DNA of 56,804 nucleotides from Actinomycetota bacterium (GTDB lineage Bacteria; Actinomycetota; Thermoleophilia; RBG-16-64-13): NCBI GenBank assembly GCA_023483915.1, contig JAMDEO010000059.1, positions 1 to 56,804 of the forward strand, read 5' to 3'. Shown piece by piece: positions 9,815 to 19,828 of this stretch (position 1 is its first letter; each line of letters starts with the position of its first letter). The notes under the pieces were generated by a model. It saw only the letters and a program-made list of their open reading frames with translations, ran no database searches and was not told where the DNA came from. The position numbers and the translations under genes were made by a program.

Positions 9815-12800
9815 TTGCCGGTTGAAAAGCCGCCATTCCAGCATAGCCATCCAGTACGGCTCGTCATACCCGCGGATCTAAAAGAGGTAGCCGGTGCCCG
9901 GCAGCTTGTCACGCAGATCGGAGAGGCGGCGGGCCTGTCGGAATCCCGAGTCTTCGACCTCCAAGTAGCCACGTCTGAAGCTGTCGCGAATGCCATCGAG
10001 CACGCGTCGACCCAGGCTGAGCTTCTCGTATGGCGCTTGCCCGACCGGCTCATCGTGGAGGTGACCAACGATGGGGCTTTCCGGCCAGGCCTGTCCAACG
10101 ACGACACCAGGCGCCGCGGCCTGGGGCTGCCGTTGATGGTCTCCCTCGCGGATGACGTGCACGTCGTCCGCGACCCCGAGGGCAGGACCCGTCTGTCTCT
10201 GACCTTCCTTTTGCAGCCCAGCGAAAGATCGGGAGTGATCGGGGAGGCAGCTCCCGACGGCCCGGAGGCCAGCCCGGCCACGATCTTGGCCCGGCTCAAC
10301 GCCGAGAGGCTCAAGGCCCAGGCCGAGGGTTCACGGGCGGCGTTGCTGGCCGATGTTCTCGATCATTCCTGCCAGCCCTTCGGCATCGGTCTTCCTGATG
10401 GAGGGCTGTTCCTTTTCAATCAGGCCTACGCCGATCTCCTGGGCTACACGAAGGAGGAGTTTACCCGCCTCGATTGGATTGAAGATCTGACCCCGGCAGA
10501 CTGGAGGGAGCACGAGCGCTTCCAGCTGGAGAGGCTCGCCCGGTCAGGGGAGTCGGTCCGATACGAGAAGGAGTACTTTCACAAGGACGGCTCCAGGGTA
10601 CCGGTGGATCTCTTGGTGCATGTGGTGTCCAACCCTGAGGGAGGGGTTGTCTATTACTACGCCTTCGTCACGGACCTGACCGCGCGCAAATACGCCGAAC
10701 GACAGCAGGCGGATCAACTCGCCCGGGAAATGGAAATGGTCGAAGAGCTGGGCGCCCTTAATGAAAAGCTCCAGACGAGCCTGGAAGATTCGCAGTCTCA
10801 GGCCGAAGAGCTAACCGCTCAGGAGGAAGAGCTTCGGCAGCAGGCTGAGGAATTGCGGTCCAGCGAGCAGCGCTATCGCATCGTTTCGGATTTCACATAC
10901 GGCTGGGAGCTGTGGCGGAGTCCCGGAGGTGAACTCCTCTATGTGTCGCCCGGCTGCGAAAGAATCACCGGCTTCCCGCGTGAAGCATTCCTGCGCGACC
11001 CGAATCTTTATGTGGATCTCGTCCATCCCGACGACCAAGAGCTGGTGCGGGATCATTTCGAGGGCTCAGGGAGTTGCGACACTCTGCAGTTTCGCATGCG
11101 GACCAGAGGTGGAGCCTACAAGTGGATTGAGCACGTCTGCCAGCAGGTAGTCGACGGCAGCGGTCGAGATTTGGGCCGGCGCAGCTCAGACCGGGACATC
11201 ACCTGGCGGAAGCAGGCCGAGAGCGATCTGTTGGAGACCAAGGCCGCTCTGGAAGACGCCGTTGCGGAAACGGCACATGCCCTCGAATCGGCCCGGCAAG
11301 AGTTGGGCGTGCGAACACAGCACCTGGATGCCTTCTTCGAGCACTCACTCACGCCGTTCGTCCTCCTCGACAAGAACCTCAACTTCGTGCGCGTGAATGA
11401 GGCCTTCGCCCGCGGTGCCAACCGGGAGGCCGACGACTTTCCCGGCCACAACTACTTCGATCTCTATCCCTCCGAGGCGCGGGTGATCTTCGATGAGGTC
11501 CTGCGGACAAGGCAGCCGTTCAAGGTAAAGGCCCGGCCGTTTGCCGATGTCGAAAGGCCCGAACAAGAGTTGGCCTACTGGGATTGGACACTCACTCCGC
11601 TGCTGGATGGCGCCGGGGAAGTCGAGATGCTCGTCTTTGCACTGGAGGATGTGACCGGACGGGTGCGCCCCCTGCGGAAGGGGTCTGTCCAGCGGCTCGC
11701 GTCATACGCCGGCCGCTGGCTTATCACGAGGAGAAGACGCCTCATGGTCGTGCCGATCGGCGTGCTTCTGCAGTTTCTGCTCTTCTACGGGCTCGACTTC
11801 CTCAGCTCCCCATCCCAGTACCTGGGCATTCCAGGACCGACGGCCTCGCTTATCGGAGTTATGACGGCCATCACCGCGGGGCCCGCTGCAGGAGCGATCG
11901 TCGCTCTCGCGGGCGGCATGGCCTTCACGGCCTATCTGGGGCACTTCGGGGAGGACGTGATATGGCCGACCATCATCGCGTCCATCGTACTGTGGATGGC
12001 GGTTTCTGTCGTGGCCGGGTTGGCGGGAGAAGTGGTGAGACGGCGCGCGGAGTCACGGGAAACCCTCTTGCGGCAGTCTGTCAACGACAGAGACGTACTC
12101 CTCGAAACGGCGAAAGCGAGCGAAGAGATGTTTCGCCGGGCAGCGGAGGAAAACTCGCGACTGTATGAAGAGCAGCAAAAGATCGCCGAGAGACTGCAGC
12201 ACGCCTTTCTCCATATCCCCACGCAGTTGGGCCCCCTTCGGCTCGGCCATCTGTACCGGGCGGCGACGGTAGCGGAACGGGTTGGCGGTGACTTCTATGA
12301 CGTGTTCGACGTTGGCGAAGAGAAGATCGCGGTCCTCATCGGCGACGTCGCCGGCCACGGCATAGAAGCGGCCCGCGCCGCTGCCCTGACCAAGGACGTC
12401 ATCCATGCCTTTATCCATCAGAGCAAGAGGGTCAACGAGGTCCTTGCAAGCACCAACGCGCTGCTTCTCGAGAAGTTGCCCAGTGGCTTCGTCACCTTGT
12501 TCTTGGCGATACTCGACTTCAAGCATGACGAACTCGAGTACGCTTCCGCTGGACATCCTCAGATGTTCCTAAAGCACAGCTCAGGAGCCATCGCCGCCCT
12601 CGGTGGCGGCTCACCGCCCTTGGGCATATTCCCAGACGCCCGCTGGAGAGCCGTGCATACGCAGATAAGGCGCGGAGACCTGCTCTTGCTCTACACGGAC
12701 GGGGTAATTGAAGCCCGCCGGGACGGAGACTTCTTCGGAGAAAGGCGGCTTCGCTACCTGCTATCCCGGGAAAGAGTGGCGCCTGAGAACCTTCCTCAAC

Positions 12801-12880
12801 TTATCTTGGACGAGATCCTGGAGTTCTCAGGTGGAGGCCTGCACGATGACGCGGCCGTGCTCACCGTAGCCATCGATTAG
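9815..12880 (+). CDS. RsbW-like HATPase + PAS repeats + TM segments + SpoIIE/PP2C phosphatase
   Basis: SEAVANAIEH/GLGLPLM; three PAS/PAC-like blocks; hydrophobic block; VGGDFYD, GDVAGHG, YTDG, DDAAV. Confidence 0.85.
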   Translation: MPVEKPPFQHSHPVRLVIPADLKEVAGARQLVTQIGEAAGLSESRVFDLQVATSEAVANAIEHASTQAELLVWRLPDRLIVEVTNDGAFRPGLSNDDTRRRGLGLPLMVSLADDVHVVRDPEGRTRLSLTFLLQPSERSGVIGEAAPDGPEASPATILARLNAERLKAQAEGSRAALLADVLDHSCQPFGIGLPDGGLFLFNQAYADLLGYTKEEFTRLDWIEDLTPADWREHERFQLERLARSGESVRYEKEYFHKDGSRVPVDLLVHVVSNPEGGVVYYYAFVTDLTARKYAERQQADQLAREMEMVEELGALNEKLQTSLEDSQSQAEELTAQEEELRQQAEELRSSEQRYRIVSDFTYGWELWRSPGGELLYVSPGCERITGFPREAFLRDPNLYVDLVHPDDQELVRDHFEGSGSCDTLQFRMRTRGGAYKWIEHVCQQVVDGSGRDLGRRSSDRDITWRKQAESDLLETKAALEDAVAETAHALESARQELGVRTQHLDAFFEHSLTPFVLLDKNLNFVRVNEAFARGANREADDFPGHNYFDLYPSEARVIFDEVLRTRQPFKVKARPFADVERPEQELAYWDWTLTPLLDGAGEVEMLVFALEDVTGRVRPLRKGSVQRLASYAGRWLITRRRRLMVVPIGVLLQFLLFYGLDFLSSPSQYLGIPGPTASLIGVMTAITAGPAAGAIVALAGGMAFTAYLGHFGEDVIWPTIIASIVLWMAVSVVAGLAGEVVRRRAESRETLLRQSVNDRDVLLETAKASEEMFRRAAEENSRLYEEQQKIAERLQHAFLHIPTQLGPLRLGHLYRAATVAERVGGDFYDVFDVGEEKIAVLIGDVAGHGIEAARAAALTKDVIHAFIHQSKRVNEVLASTNALLLEKLPSGFVTLFLAILDFKHDELEYASAGHPQMFLKHSSGAIAALGGGSPPLGIFPDARWRAVHTQIRRGDLLLLYTDGVIEARRDGDFFGERRLRYLLSRERVAPENLPQLILDEILEFSGGGLHDDAAVLTVAID

Positions 12881-12983
12881 GACCCTGCGCCTCGTCCTTC
12901 ACCCCCCCGCCGGCCCCTGTGCTCCTGCGCGCTGCGGCCCGGCCTGTTGCGTCCATGCCGCATCAAGAGCTACATTGCGTCGA

Positions 12984-13925
12984 TTACCCTTCCCGTTCGA
13001 CCGAGCACCCGTTCACACAGGACTGCTTGCACTCGCGGTCGCAAGGCTCTATGTGGATTTGAATCCGCGATTCGGGCAGCCTCTCCTTGATGGCAACAAC
13101 GATTTCGTCTCCCAGCGCGTGGGCTTCACCCACGGACATTGTGTCGCTCACGGCCACATGAAAGTCGATGAACCTGTTCGAGCCCGCCTTGCGCGTCCTC
13201 AGGTTGTGAAAACTTCTGACCTGAGGCCATGTTTGAGTTACATAGCTCTGGATCCAGCTCACATCCTCCTCCGGAAGGCTGACGTCGAGTAGATCCCGAG
13301 CGGATTCCCGGGTCAGATCCCAAGCGGCCTTCAGAATCATCAGGGCCACGATAATCGCGATTGCAGGGTCGAGCCAGCGAATATCGACGCTGGGTGCAGC
13401 CAGATTCACGATCCAGATAACAAGCAATCCGGCCATCACGCCCACCGAGGTATAGACGTCGGTGCGCAGATGCCACGCGTCGGCCTGCAAGGCCACTGAA
13501 TCAGTCTGTTTGCCGACCTTGAACAGACGCCGAGACACAAGGGTGTTCACCATCGCCGACACGAGCATCACCCCTACCCCCCACGCCGGCATGTCTATCA
13601 GTTGCGGGCTGATGATCTTGCGGAGTGCTGCATAAATGATCCAGACGGCGGCAAGCAAGATCAGGATGGCCTCGACGGTACCCGACACGTTCTCAAACTT
13701 GCCATGACCGTAAGGATGACGCTCGTCCGCCGCTCGCCCCGAGGCACGCACCGCGAACAGGGCTATTAACGCGGCGATCAAGTCCACTCCCGAGTGGATT
13801 GCCTCGGAAATGACCGAGACAGAGCCGATCAGCAGGCCGACTACCACCTTGAGCACGATAAGGAGACTGTTCGAGAGGACCGACAGGATCGCGGTGTTGG
13901 TCTTCGTCTTGACCACTGACGTCAC
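12984..13925 (-). CDS. Cation diffusion facilitator (FieF/CzcD family) metal exporter
   Basis: SEAIHSGVD, HPYGHGKFE, ADAWHLRTD, C-terminal HIEP. Confidence 0.92.
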   Translation of the reverse strand: MTSVVKTKTNTAILSVLSNSLLIVLKVVVGLLIGSVSVISEAIHSGVDLIAALIALFAVRASGRAADERHPYGHGKFENVSGTVEAILILLAAVWIIYAALRKIISPQLIDMPAWGVGVMLVSAMVNTLVSRRLFKVGKQTDSVALQADAWHLRTDVYTSVGVMAGLLVIWIVNLAAPSVDIRWLDPAIAIIVALMILKAAWDLTRESARDLLDVSLPEEDVSWIQSYVTQTWPQVRSFHNLRTRKAGSNRFIDFHVAVSDTMSVGEAHALGDEIVVAIKERLPESRIQIHIEPCDRECKQSCVNGCSVEREG

Positions 13926-13945
13926 GAATAACCCCCAAACAAGCG

Positions 13946-13981
13946 AAAAGCTCTGCGGGAACCAATACGTCCCGCAGAGCT
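13946..13981 (-). terminator. Leader hairpin (riboswitch expression platform) upstream of the CDF gene
   Basis: 12-bp stem AGCTCTGCGGGA/TCCCGCAGAGCT with short U tract; overlaps aptamer 3' end. Confidence 0.6.
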
Positions 13982-14066
13982 GAGATACCGCCGCTCCACT
14001 GCTGGCGTGCCCGGCTACGCCCTACGCCCCTGCCGCGAGCCGGGGGCAGCCGGGCTGCCTGATCAG
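13968..14066 (-). ncRNA. NiCo (czcD)-like metal-sensing riboswitch
   Basis: Minus strand has CUGAUCAGGC...GCCGGGC...CUGCGGGAC in NiCo order, directly 5' of a CDF gene. Confidence 0.65.
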
Positions 14067-14071
14067 GGCTG

Positions 14072-14100
14072 AGTATAGGGCCACCCTGGCGTGGTGGCAA
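14072..14100 (-). promoter_or_regulatory. Sigma70-type promoter for the riboswitch/CDF transcript
   Basis: TTGCCA-17bp-TATACT on minus strand. Confidence 0.7.
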
Positions 14101-14487
14101 GTCGTCCATAAATACGAGTAGGCAGAGTGCTCGCAGCTGGAATCACCCCGGTCTCAGGGTCAGCGGGGACTAGAGCAGGGCAGCCGTCAGGACATGTGGA
14201 ACGGTACAGGCGTCGACCGTCGGTTTTGTTATTGTCAGCAATCTGACTCGACCCAGCTTCGCTTCAAACCTGCAAAACCGGAATTCGTCGCGATCGACGT
14301 GGACGACTCGGACGACACGCCCAACGCTACAGGGCGACACTCACGGCCAACGTCGGACTAGTAGTTCCAACACGGCTCCTAGCGTTCGAGGTCGCCGTTC
14401 CTGCGTCGCCCACAGCAATATCGACAGAAGGAGGTACCGGGCCGCTGTGACCAGCGACGTGAGCACTGATGATCACAGCGCAGCCGA

Positions 14488-14958
14488 ATGATGGTGGGCC
14501 TATCGGATGCTAATGCAGAAAAATGGTCATCCCTGTTCGACCAGATAGCCCTGGCCAAGACGGGAGCTGTCGCACCGCGAAAGCGGTCCCCAGCGACCTA
14601 TGGTAAGATGGCAAGAAAGTTGCGTCAACCGCAAAAACGGCTCAACGAGGGTGAGGTTGCCAAACTGGTTGCGGGATATCAGGCAGGGTCTTCCATCTTT
14701 CAACTTGCCGAGCGATTGGGCTGCCACCACGAAACGGTCTGCCGGCGATTGAAGGCAGAAGGCGTGCAAATGCGTGGAAGGCCGCTCACTGAATCCCAGA
14801 TAGACGAGGCAGAACGCCTCTACGCAGCTGGTCATTCGTTGACAGAGGTGGGTCACCAGATCGGCGTAGATCGGACGGCCGTGAGCAGGCGCCTGCGAGA
14901 ACGTGGCGTCGCAATGCGGTCGCCATGGGTCAGGTGTTCCCACGCTACATCAGGATGA
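14488..14958 (+). CDS. Tandem helix-turn-helix protein at the left attachment site
   Basis: Two repeats: YQAGSSIFQLAERLGCHHETVCRRL and YAAGHSLTEVGHQIGVDRTAVSRRL. Confidence 0.75.
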   Translation: MMVGLSDANAEKWSSLFDQIALAKTGAVAPRKRSPATYGKMARKLRQPQKRLNEGEVAKLVAGYQAGSSIFQLAERLGCHHETVCRRLKAEGVQMRGRPLTESQIDEAERLYAAGHSLTEVGHQIGVDRTAVSRRLRERGVAMRSPWVRCSHATSG

Positions 14959-16834
14959 TCTCATCTTCTTCGAACCACTTGCTCTGGAGGACCCTGGTTC
15001 GTGCACGGGCAGGATCTGAGGAATAGACAACCAGAGCCAGACTCTTCTTCGTACGACTGGACGTTACGTAGAACAAGCGCCGGGTCCGGTCAAGTGAGGT
15101 TTCTTTCCCCTCGGCCTCGTTCTTGATATCTGTGGCGGATCTGTCTTTGGCCCCCAGTAGCTTGTCGTAGTCGAACATGAACCCCCGAGCCTCGGAATCA
15201 TCCATGATGACCATGACCCGATCAAACTCCAGTCCCTTTACGCCCTGGTGAGTGCCGAATGGAGCAAGCCCGGACACGTAGAGCGCGTATGGTTGGACCT
15301 GAGAGAATGGAGCTTCAAGAAACGCTTGCAGTCTGAGGGTCGCATTTGACGGCGGTTCCTGCTGGCGTTCCTCATCACTGTTGCTTGATCGACTTGCCTC
15401 TCTCAGCTTCAGCAGCGGTTTCAGGCTGTCGGGAAGCGAGAACAGGTTGCTGGCTGCTACGTTATCCAATACCTCGCCACAGGACGGTTCCCCGTCGTCC
15501 CACAAAGCCATGAGACTCAGCACGGCATCTTGGGCAACTCTGATTTGCACAATCGGATCGGCCGCAGCCTCCAGGCTCGACCTGCTAAGAAGTGGAGAAG
15601 CCTCTCTGACAACCCTTGCCGCCTTGAATTTGTCTCCCTCTTGCTGCGCTTGAACAAGCGGAAGTACGTCGTTTGTAAAGAAACGAACTGCGGGCAACGT
15701 CCCATCGAGAAGACCCGTGCGAAAGCCGTCCACTTCATAAAGAGGACTGAACACCTTCTCGAAACCAAGGCGAGTCGCTGCCATGTGGTGTTCAAGGGTG
15801 AGAACCTTGCAGCTATCCCGGTTGGTCCATTCAGCATCCCCCGTACATGCAGACATGTGCGCCCGCGCCCTCTGCTCCACATCCTCCCTGTCGGGGGTAG
15901 ACGCAGTAGAAATCAAGAACAGTCTTACACAACCATCAATGCGCTCGTCACTGGCCTGCTGGACATGGTTGTCAACCTCACTGCGGACCTGGTTGAGCAG
16001 TCGAACAACGCGCTTGGGGCAGCGGTAGTTCAGCAGCTTCCGGGGCCTTGCCCACTCCTTGGGTAATTCCCGTTCAATCCCGGCTTTCCCATCCCCATAA
16101 ATGCGCTGCATCATGTCGCCGATCAGCCCAAAACACCAGGAGTCACGATGGGCAGCTTCTACCTGCATGAGCGAATCAATGAGCAACCTGTGTGTATCTT
16201 GGCTCTCGTCTATGAAGAGAATCGGATACCTGTTGATGAGGATTCTCTGCATGAGAAGCTTCTTCAGCAGGCCCGCGCAGATCTCGATAACCTCGGAGTG
16301 ACTGAGGGAGTCCCGTTCCCGATTGTCGCCGGTCGGGCTGTATATGAACCTCTTGATTTCGCCCAGATACTCCAGGCGAGCTTGATTCGCGTCAATCTTC
16401 GCAAGCCGCGTGATAGAGGCCTGAGTTCCCGGACGTCCTTTCGCTTCCTCGGCCCGCAGTTCTTCCGTGCGCTCGACCAGGTTGGCTCGAAGCCACTCCC
16501 TGATGTCTATCGGGAAAGGTCGAATGAGGTCCCAGGCAAAGCTATGGATGGTCGACACATGGAATAGCGGAGTCGAGCCTATGTTCTTGCGCCTGAGGAT
16601 TTCTTCACAGGCAGCGTTTGTGTAGGTGATGACTCCGACCTTCTGTCCGCGCAGACCTAGCTGCCTGCCGTATGTCTCCGCAATATGCTCAAGAGCATCG
16701 ACCAGCAATCGAGTCTTCCCGGAACCAGCCCCCGCGTACAGAAAGAAACTCCTTGGCATATCGAGGTTCAGGCAAGCAACAACCTCCTCATATGCTGAGT
16801 TGTCATCAGGAGTACCACTAACTGGCTCGGCCAT
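14945..16834 (-). CDS. gajB: Gabija GajB, UvrD-like helicase
   Basis: AGAGSGKT, ITYTNAA, STIHSF, IDESQD, GDMMQRIY, NYRCP, THQGVKGLEF, LFYVTSSR; overlaps OLD nuclease gene. Confidence 0.85.
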   Translation of the reverse strand: MAEPVSGTPDDNSAYEEVVACLNLDMPRSFFLYAGAGSGKTRLLVDALEHIAETYGRQLGLRGQKVGVITYTNAACEEILRRKNIGSTPLFHVSTIHSFAWDLIRPFPIDIREWLRANLVERTEELRAEEAKGRPGTQASITRLAKIDANQARLEYLGEIKRFIYSPTGDNRERDSLSHSEVIEICAGLLKKLLMQRILINRYPILFIDESQDTHRLLIDSLMQVEAAHRDSWCFGLIGDMMQRIYGDGKAGIERELPKEWARPRKLLNYRCPKRVVRLLNQVRSEVDNHVQQASDERIDGCVRLFLISTASTPDREDVEQRARAHMSACTGDAEWTNRDSCKVLTLEHHMAATRLGFEKVFSPLYEVDGFRTGLLDGTLPAVRFFTNDVLPLVQAQQEGDKFKAARVVREASPLLSRSSLEAAADPIVQIRVAQDAVLSLMALWDDGEPSCGEVLDNVAASNLFSLPDSLKPLLKLREASRSSNSDEERQQEPPSNATLRLQAFLEAPFSQVQPYALYVSGLAPFGTHQGVKGLEFDRVMVIMDDSEARGFMFDYDKLLGAKDRSATDIKNEAEGKETSLDRTRRLFYVTSSRTKKSLALVVYSSDPARARTRVLQSKWFEEDEIILM

Positions 16835-19148
16835 CAGCTTCCTCTTGGGCTTCTGTGTCAGATGCTTTCACAGGTGCGATTGTCCCCAGTGCTTCCTGGT
16901 TCTTGCGTAGCTCTACGACAAGCCATGCCAACCCTTCACGGATATACTCGGGGGGAACGAGAGCCCGGGGGTCCTCTAGTTCCAAGAGGTCGAGAGCAAG
17001 TTCTGCTTTGCCCCCGAGCCTTAGTGCATCAGCCACCTTTTCGCCGAGAGCCTCTAACGTCTCACTCTCTGCGACAGCTGCCCGAAACTTCGCCATCAAT
17101 CCTTGGCCCCCAGTTGCCGCGAAGAGCGCAGTATTCTGAAAGACCAGGGCGTCCTCAAGAGTATTCGCCAATGCCTCGCCAGAAAGCCCGTTGAACCTGA
17201 CCATGGTGGGGCATTGATAGGCCACACGCACAGCAAACTCCTCATCTTCGTATTCCTTGACCTTGCCTTGGTCTGCCAGATCAAGAAGGTCATCCAGAGA
17301 GTCTTTCTCGGGACACCAAGATTTGAGCGTCTGGTTGCGAGTCTTCTGGCCCGCGTTTCGCAGTGGCCTGGCAGCGTTTCCGGCCTGATCCATGGCGTCC
17401 AGGTCGGTGATGATGAGAGTGGTAAGGCCCAGCTTCTCGATTAGCTTCCTGAGACGATGTGCGTGGCTACCGCCCAGCTCCAGCCAGGTTATGTAGCTTT
17501 CCGACAGGCTCTCGAATTCCTCGTGGTGTCGCACGAAATGCGGAATGAGAATTCGCTCCGCCGGTCCTTCGATGAAGACGGCGGCGTCTGCAAACAACAG
17601 GTCACAATGAGTAACGTTCAGATATCTGGTTACGAACCTCTTTGTGGCGGCATCTTTGCCGAAAACGTCCGTGAGATTGACCACACGGCAGCAGGGAACC
17701 TCGTTGTCCTTCGCCGGTCGCCGCCGGAAATAGCGGAGCGATCCAAACTCACATTCCAGAGCAAGATGGCTAGAATGCGTACTCACGACGAGTTGGGTCT
17801 GTAACCTTTCGTTTCCCTTGAGATCGCCATGATTGCGCAAGACTTCGTAGGCCTTCCTAATGAACACCTGCTGAACTTGGGTATGTAAATAGGCTTCTGG
17901 TTCTTCAACCAAGACGAGATGTAGAGGCGGAATGAAACTCTGACCTGGATCTTGGTCGGCCTTGCCCACACGCATCCAGGCGTCACGGAAGCTCATGAGG
18001 CGGAATATCATCGAGATGAGGTTCTGGTATCCCAGCCCATTGGAATCCTCAGGCAGACGCAAGTCCACCTGTTCCTTGCCCCTCATCATCTTGACGACAT
18101 ACTGGACTGCCGCGTCATGCTTCAAGGCATCCAGTGGACTTAACCGGGTTGATACACTGATATTTGGGTCCGTAACCCCCGGATACCCGATTGTCTGGAG
18201 CTCTTCGAGCGGCCTTGAGAAACTCGCCCCGAGCCTATCGTCAAAGGCGGCCTGAGCACTCTCGATGGCCTTCAGCGCTACAAGATCATCGGTCTCCGGA
18301 GTGTTCGTGGTCGGATCTAGGTGCTTCTTGTAGTAGCCGCGCAGTTGGCTGGAGAGCTTGCGAGTCGCGATGGCACCGTCACTGTCACCATCACTTCCGA
18401 TGCTATCGGACTGGCCAAAACCCCGCTGAGCAGGAATATCATCAACCCGGATTAACCCCTCGAAAGGATCACCTTCAATAGGATCGATATCGCCGGGTAG
18501 AACCTGCGCGTCCGGCGCGTCACCGATCCTGCTAGGATCGAGGATGTAGGCCTGAACGCTGAACTTCTTGGTCAGTTCACGTCGCAGGAAATCGGTCAGG
18601 CTACGAGGCCATAGGGCGGGTAGCGCCTGTTCACCCGCTTCCCCCTTAATACTGGCCTTCTGCTTGGCAGTGCCCATCGCCGCCGCGTGGACGGCAACTG
18701 CAGCCGCTCGTTTTGCCAGGAATTCTTCTTGTAATGCTGTCGCGTCCCTAGGCTCAAACTTGAGCCTCACCCCCAGGAGTCCGCCATTCCAGTCCAAGGT
18801 GGGAAGGATCTTCTGAACGTAGTGAACTTCGTCATCTTTGACTTCGAGCCACAAGTCGATAGCCGGTACTACAGTCTCCCAGTTCGGCCTGGGCAGCGTC
18901 TGCTCTGCTCGTCTCGCTTCCTCCCAGGCATTTCCCATTGCATCGATTGCTGGCCAGTGTGAGAGTGTAAAGTCGTTGAGGGAAAACTTGGATCGCTGCT
19001 TATCCACCAGGAAGTACCGCATAGCAACCATAGCAGACGATTTCCCGCTGTTGTTCGCTCCAACCAATACGGTTTTGTCTTTGGCGAAGTCAATGCGAAC
19101 AGAGCGTAGCTTCCTGAAATTGGCGATATCAACGAAGCTTAGTCTCAC
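16818..19148 (-). CDS. gajA: Gabija GajA, OLD-family ABC ATPase-TOPRIM nuclease
   Basis: VGANNSGKS, GLGYQN, VEEPEAYLH, STHS, FIEGPAE, TDLD. Confidence 0.85.
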   Translation of the reverse strand: MRLSFVDIANFRKLRSVRIDFAKDKTVLVGANNSGKSSAMVAMRYFLVDKQRSKFSLNDFTLSHWPAIDAMGNAWEEARRAEQTLPRPNWETVVPAIDLWLEVKDDEVHYVQKILPTLDWNGGLLGVRLKFEPRDATALQEEFLAKRAAAVAVHAAAMGTAKQKASIKGEAGEQALPALWPRSLTDFLRRELTKKFSVQAYILDPSRIGDAPDAQVLPGDIDPIEGDPFEGLIRVDDIPAQRGFGQSDSIGSDGDSDGAIATRKLSSQLRGYYKKHLDPTTNTPETDDLVALKAIESAQAAFDDRLGASFSRPLEELQTIGYPGVTDPNISVSTRLSPLDALKHDAAVQYVVKMMRGKEQVDLRLPEDSNGLGYQNLISMIFRLMSFRDAWMRVGKADQDPGQSFIPPLHLVLVEEPEAYLHTQVQQVFIRKAYEVLRNHGDLKGNERLQTQLVVSTHSSHLALECEFGSLRYFRRRPAKDNEVPCCRVVNLTDVFGKDAATKRFVTRYLNVTHCDLLFADAAVFIEGPAERILIPHFVRHHEEFESLSESYITWLELGGSHAHRLRKLIEKLGLTTLIITDLDAMDQAGNAARPLRNAGQKTRNQTLKSWCPEKDSLDDLLDLADQGKVKEYEDEEFAVRVAYQCPTMVRFNGLSGEALANTLEDALVFQNTALFAATGGQGLMAKFRAAVAESETLEALGEKVADALRLGGKAELALDLLELEDPRALVPPEYIREGLAWLVVELRKNQEALGTIAPVKASDTEAQEEADGRAS

Positions 19149-19239
19149 GGCTGCTCCAATCTAGATTTCCCTGGACTGTACTTCAGCCTTCTTTCGCGCG
19201 AATCGTACTTTGCCATGACGAAGATTCCCTTACGGAGCT

Positions 19240-19269
19240 AGTATAGCCAACATGAACATACGTTCGCAA
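19240..19269 (-). promoter_or_regulatory. Gabija promoter with LexA (SOS) box over the -35
   Basis: TTGCGA-18bp-TATACT; GAACatacGTTC at 19254-19265. Confidence 0.65.
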
Positions 19270-19446
19270 AATGGAAACCTGCATTCTTCCGTTGCTTGCT
19301 CTTCTGCCTGGCTCTTTGATGCTCAGCTCCCGACCTTTGCCGGATTACTACGCGTTCCCAACTAAGGCTACCTTCGCCCCGGACCAAAGTCGATCTGGAC
19401 ACCCACCCATTTCGCGGAAAACAGCCCTACGGCCTTACACAGGGTG

Positions 19447-19824
19447 TCAAGCCTTCCTTTTCCAGTGCACCGGTGGCTTCCAGTCCTTGGACGGGCCGTA
19501 TCGCTGGGTAGTCTTGTACAGCCTCTCAGCCAGTTGCGGATGTCGCTTGACCGCCTCGATGACGAACAGCAGCTGGATCTCCGGGAAGTCTGTCGGCTCT
19601 TTCCCGACCACACGGGCGAAAGCGGCAATCGTGTAATAGGCCTGGGCATCTGCCGGATAGACAGTCTTTCGCCTCTCCAGCCGACTGACAGTCCCGTGAT
19701 CGAACGGTCGCGGGGAATCGACTGCCTGTTCTGTCATTAGGGCCGCAAGGTCAACCTGGCGCAGGCCGTGCTCTATGCGATAACGCTTCACGACTTCGCC
19801 AATGGGTGTCATCTCCGGTTCCAT
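19447..19824 (-). CDS. XRE-family HTH regulator
   Basis: IGEVVKRYRIEHGLRQVDLA...TVSRLER; divergent from polyamine operon; start 19824 or 19812. Confidence 0.8.
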   Translation of the reverse strand: MEPEMTPIGEVVKRYRIEHGLRQVDLAALMTEQAVDSPRPFDHGTVSRLERRKTVYPADAQAYYTIAAFARVVGKEPTDFPEIQLLFVIEAVKRHPQLAERLYKTTQRYGPSKDWKPPVHWKRKA

Positions 19825-19828
19825 CGTG

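Noticed and set aside
14100-14487. Remnant recombinase or RNA gene left of the att site
   Set aside because: No convincing ORF, motif or tRNA-like fold
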